Source: Harriotta raleighana
Lineage: Eukaryota
Assembly: GCA_050575255.1 (NCBI GenBank)
Contig: JBNZDD010013589.1
Location: forward strand, 1,268,374-1,332,373
Length of the DNA: 64,000 nt
Direction: 5' to 3'
The notes under the pieces are model-generated. The model searched no databases. It was not told where the DNA came from and worked only from the letters and a program-made list of their open reading frames with translations. Positions 59,521-64,000 of the stretch are shown here, one piece after another. The position numbers were made by a program, and so were the translations under genes. The number at the start of each line of letters is the position of its first letter. Position 1 is the stretch's first letter.

Positions 59521-60639
59521 GTACATCTAGAGTTGCTCCATTCATAGTATTGATCTTCTCTTCTTAAGCTGAAACATGTATTTGCGACTCCCAAGTTCCA
59601 ATTTCTCCTTTCGTCCTAGTTCTTCTCCTTTCTTTTTGTTTTTCCCTGAATCGATCTCTCTTTATTCAGCTCATCAGGTGACCCTTCACCCTTTTCAAGA
59701 TGGTTCCTGTGCAAAAACAAACACAACACAGCTCCCTCTCCAGCTGCAGACCTCATATCTCCATGAGAAAATCGCTGATATAAACTATAAACTGTTTATA
59801 CACAATCCTTAGTTTCCCCTACAAAGCTAGTCACAATCAAGTCCTATCAGGTGCAATTGTTTACATATGTCTCAAATCGCCAGTCTAATTTAAGATATTA
59901 ATGAACACATTAATTACAGAATCCTACATCCACTTGTGCACCCATGCACAAGTGCAAATGCTCTGCTCCCTCCCTCTGGTGCCCCTTGTTCATGAGTTAC
60001 CTTGACATGAGCCGCTACTTTAAGGTGATGTTACTTGGTATTAAATGGATGGAGAATCATTTGAGTTTCTAGTCTTTCTGAGAAAAATTCAATATTGTGT
60101 CACATGTAACCAAATAGTACTACTCCTCGGCAGCCGCTGGTAATGTAATGGTACTTACTAATCGCAGGTTACAAATGAGCGAGTGTGTTACTAATGTGTG
60201 CAATTCATGCCCGACTGTCATAGTGCAACAGTAATTGTGCTCTTGAACCAGGGATAATTGCATTGTTTAACATTTCAAGATAGCGCTGATCGTGAACTGA
60301 GGTTGGCTGCGTGGGGAGGCTTGGAGAGGATGTTTATTAAAGAGGCACTGATCACAGTGTTTACATTCTCATCCCGAAACCAAAGCGCTCAAAGCTATTG
60401 GCAGAAAATAAGTATTCACTGGCAGCGAAGGAACGTTAAATCAAGGGTTTTTATGGCATTTGTAGGAAGGATTACTGAGTCAATAATCCTATCCCATTAC
60501 AGCATTGTTGTGTTGGCATAATGGCGGGGGGGCAGTGGGCTGCATTTATCAGATGCTTTTATATTCTTTGGGAAGGATGAGGTGATTACATTTACACATT
60601 TATTCTGTGTTGGGATACATAATAGAGTGCCATTAATCT

Positions 60640-60880
60640 GAGTTTCCATCTTTCAGCGGGGAGACGTTAAAAGATCCCGTTACGTAATTCAAAAAGAGGA
60701 GTTTTTCCCCTCGTGGAACAATCCTCCAGGTTAATTGGCCATTCGCCTCACAGCTGTTTGTGGGGTTTATTGCATACAAAATGGCTGCCACCTTTACCTA
60801 CAAATCAGTCACTGCATTTGTCAGTAGTTACTGTTTCAACTGAATAAAGTGTTATAAAATTGCATGTATTTTTTGTTTTT
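60640..60880 (+). mobile_element. Old DeuSINE remnant
   Basis: gagacgttaaaagatccc...cagctgtttgtgggg...aaaatggctgccacctttacctaca. Confidence 0.6.
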
Positions 60881-61141
60881 AGAAGGTTGTGCCTCACTCT
60901 TGTGCATGCTCAGCAACAAATTATTATTTAATAATAATTGTAAAATAATGTACTTTGTTTGTCTATTTGCTTCCAGTTTTAAGCAATTCACCTGTCTTCA
61001 CCTGGCAAAGATAACACCCAACAAGAACACTGTGCACATGTCACTGTAATAAGCTTTAGGGGCTGCCTCGTCTAGACCGTGAGCAGGCGGACAGCATCCA
61101 GCTTACCTACCACATATGCATACAACATATCCATTCATATA

Positions 61142-61554
61142 CAGGTAGACCCCACTTAATGTCGCCTCGGTTCACGTTTTTTCGTTGTTACATTGCAGAT
61201 ACATTGGGAACATATATTCATTGTTGTTCGCCAGCGGGTAGAAAGGCGTTAGGACAGCGCTAGGACCTGAGAGTGAGCCCAGCTGACAGCGAGTGAGACT
61301 GGCAGCGAGTGAGTGAACTGGGAGGCAGTCAGGGAGTGAGTGAGTGAGTGAGTGAGTGAGTGAGTGAGCCGAGCAGGCAGTTAGGGAGCGAGTACAATGC
61401 TTTTTTGAAGAAAACTTTGATGAAAAATGTCCAGAAGAACCTAACTCCAGGTTATATATACATTCTTATGAGAAAATTGTATTCGCTTAACGTCGTTTCA
61501 CTTAAAAGTCGTACTTTGCAAGAACAATCTACGTCGTTAAGTGGGGTCTACCTG
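61142..61554. mobile_element. MITE family B (Tigger-like), intact ends
   Basis: TA|CAGGTAGACCCCACTTAA ... TTAAGTGGGGTCTACCTG|TA, a perfect 18-bp TIR; internal (GAGT)n at ~61334-61368. Confidence 0.93.
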
Positions 61555-62589
61555 TAGTGATTATTTTTAAGAGTCGGTGGTGGGAGAGGGAGAGAGTGAG
61601 TGGGGGGGAAGAGGGGAGATTTTATCTACAAAGCGTAGAAAGGGAAAAAGCTCTCTTATTAAAACCATTCTCTGCAACCGATCCAAAGCGAGAAAACCTA
61701 AACCACAAAATTCTCTGTGGATAATAAATCCAAGTTTGTGAAATGTCATTAACTGGGACATAGAGGTCTGTGTGTGCCTCTCACAGCCTCTCAGCCTGTT
61801 CTGTGCCTACACATCATTAATTTTTCCCTCTTCTGCATCCTTGTTGCTGATAGATGTCAAATTCTGACTCCTCAGAGAGCGTTGGTTTTGCCTCTTTGAA
61901 TTAGGCTCTTATTACTGTGCCTGCGTTTGATCAGCAAGTGCGGGCCAGATAAGACTGGGAAACCGTCCCAACTGTTGTATCTCCTTGTCTACAAGCCGTC
62001 ATCGCTGCTTAGCGATGCGTAGAGAGAAATTTGTATCTGTCAGGAAGGCCTTTGATTTCCTATTGAAGAGCTGCACAGCTTGGCGGCCGACTATGGAGCA
62101 AACTGGAGAAAGCTTTTCAAGATCAGTTCACTGAGTCCAGAGTTCGGAAGGCTTTCTATATCAGGGATGTGGATTTGCAGTGAATTGCCAAGGCCTTTTC
62201 AAGTCATTGACTAAAGGACAGTGTGGTTCTCCTATACTTGTCCTGGTGTGTCGGTGCATTAAATGAGCACTCGGTCACATTGCTCTGTGGCCCTTCATCG
62301 TCTTGGCCCTGGCATGGCATTTTCTTGTGGACATCAGTTATAGATGTGTCCTTTATCGTGCGGCTCATTAGGAACTGTGCGCTGTGGACCCACGAGCTGG
62401 TACAACTTAGGAACAGACTGAATCCAAATTCAACCAAAACCAATGTGAGGGATGCAACACGAAATGAGTCTGAATAGTGCAAAGGGTCTTGCCTGCACTG
62501 CCCTCCCCAGTCCCGGCATTAAATGTGTCATCTCACAGAGAGAAACCATATGGTTGCCCAGTGTGGGAAACCCAAATTCCACCCTTTGT

Positions 62590-62762
62590 TTGTGGGATAT
62601 GACTGTTTATGGGATACTGTTGTGCTCAATTGGCTTCCATGTTTCATCCATGAAATATACAGTCAATCCACTCGTCAAAACAGAATGTAGCAAATCCTGT
62701 GATGCACTTTGAGACGCTTCAAAGACGTAATAAGGCGCTACATCAAACACAAGGATTATTAC
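62590..62762 (+). mobile_element. Deu-domain SINE, 3' half
   Basis: gactgtttatgggatactgttgtgctcaattggct...aaggcgctacatcaaacacaaggattatt. Confidence 0.82.
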
Positions 62763-63113
62763 ATATTTGTTTTTGCTTCTAATCTTTTGGAGATCAGGCA
62801 TGTTAGTGAGCAAAGGGAGTTTTAGTGAATAATATGTTCGGTAGAATTGATTGACTGCATTAGTCCCTCACCTTTGTCTAAGCCACAATTCAATGTTTTT
62901 CGTTTGCTGGCACTGAGCCCAGGCCTACCTAACTCCTTTGGAATATTGTTATGGGATCTTTAATATCCACTGGAAGGACAGGAAGACAGGACCTCAGGTT
63001 TAATGTCCCAACAGAACAGTGGCAGCTCCAATCATGCAGAGAGGAGGAGCCCATAATTGCTCATAATTGAAACCAAGCAATGGGGGAAATGAAACAGGCT
63101 AAATTTGGGAATA

Positions 63114-63435
63114 CAGTAAAACCTTGTTTATCTGGCACGTTCGGGGTGGGGTCGACTAATTGACGGTGCTGGATAAACGAGGGGGAACCGACATAAAAAT
63201 TTAACTTATTTTAAAACATATCCTGCTAATAATGCACTACATAGTAACAGAATATTGTGTGGATACTTACCAACAAAGCATTCTAGTAGAATCGGGAAAA
63301 AATCGGTAAAACAGCATTTTTTACCGATCGGTAAAACCCCCAAATGCGTAAGTTTACTAAGTGCGCATGCGCACGCATTGCACGCATGTGCAAAGTGAGC
63401 GAACTCGCGATTCTGGAATAAACAAGGTTTTACTG
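63114..63435. mobile_element. MITE family A, short form
   Basis: TA|cagtaaaaccttgtttat ... ataaacaaggttttactg|TA. Confidence 0.9.
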
Positions 63436-63553
63436 TAATAATAAGAATACTTGCATTTGACTTGGCTTTTTTCACGTTTGATAGACAACAACAAAATTAC
63501 ATTATAGAGCACCTTTCACGTCGGGAGGATGTCCCATGGCGTTTCACAGAATA

Positions 63554-63893
63554 CAGTAAAACCCCGTTTATCCGTTACCCGATCAACCAGATTGTTCAAC
63601 CCCCCCCCTCCCGGGACAATTCCCCATTCCAGTTTGCTCACTTTGCTCATGTGTGCAATGTGTGCACATACGCATTTATTAAACTTCCGAACTTGTGTTT
63701 TTACCGATCGATAAAAAATGCTGTTTTACCGAGTGTGCTGAAATACTTTATTGATAAGTATCCATACAATATTCTGTTACTAGGTAGTCTATTATTAACA
63801 TGGTATGTTTTAAAATAAGTTAATTTTTTATGATGGGTGTNCTCCCCCCCCCCCCCCCCCCCCCGAGGGTGCCGGATAAACTGGGTTTTACTG
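63554..63893. mobile_element. MITE family A, short form, opposite orientation, nested in a minus-strand SINE
   Basis: TA|cagtaaaaccccgtttatccg ... cggataaactgggttttactg|TA; splits the SINE sequence ttcacagaata/tactg...gcagccaattgcacacagcagtgtccc. Confidence 0.9.
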
Positions 63894-64000
63894 TATACTG
63901 TTCAGTGAATTGAATGTATATTTGTGGGTGAAACTAGGCAGCCAATTGCACACAGCAGTGTCCCACAAACAGTCGTGGATTGAAGTGACCAATTTATTAT

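Larger units (their letters stand above)
57752..59918 (-). mobile_element. LTR-like element (TG...CA), about 1.55 kb without the nested MITE
   Basis: Termini tgtaatttatttatt / aacacattaattaca are imperfect inverted repeats. AATAAA near the minus-strand 3' end, internal tandem repeats and a decayed ORF. No clean TSD. Confidence 0.55.
26169..64000 (+). other. AMBRA1: AMBRA1 intron, extends beyond the window
   Basis: Starts GTAAGG. The next expected exon [27 protein letters not shown] was not seen by eye or in the ORF track. Confidence 0.75.

Noticed and set aside
59635-59695. Minus-strand hammerhead-like CTGATGA-G-CTGAAT...ATTCAG-G-GAAA
   Set aside because: Stem II has a G-G closing pair, and I could not form stems I and III with an NUH cleavage triplet.

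Overview
Vertebrate genomic DNA, not microbial. The repeat content (L2 and CR1 LINEs, abundant tRNA-derived Deu-domain SINEs) suggests a cartilaginous fish, possibly a chimaera; this is inference. The whole window lies inside the AMBRA1 gene on the + strand. Three coding exons (416-589, 24182-24262, 26068-26168) splice in frame to [28 protein letters not shown]...[68 protein letters not shown] could not find the next expected exon ([14 protein letters not shown]...), so the last intron is probably over 37 kb. The introns hold decayed L2, CR1 and Vingi-like LINEs, many tRNA-Val-headed SINEs, two TA-targeting MITE families, an LTR-like element with a decayed transmembrane/coiled-coil ORF, and repeat-free blocks that look like conserved non-coding elements. 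Three of the four single Ns are flanked by duplicated sequence, consistent with assembly artefacts. Best leads: a 42-bp inverted repeat enclosing a cryptic stop-containing exon candidate (17737-18134), the ORF-bearing LTR-like element (57752-59918), a pre-miRNA-sized hairpin made of L2 tails (57343-57415), and the CORE+Deu-like composite SINE. I found no demonstrably new multi-gene system. Repeat boundaries were read by eye and family names come from recalled consensus sequences, not searches.
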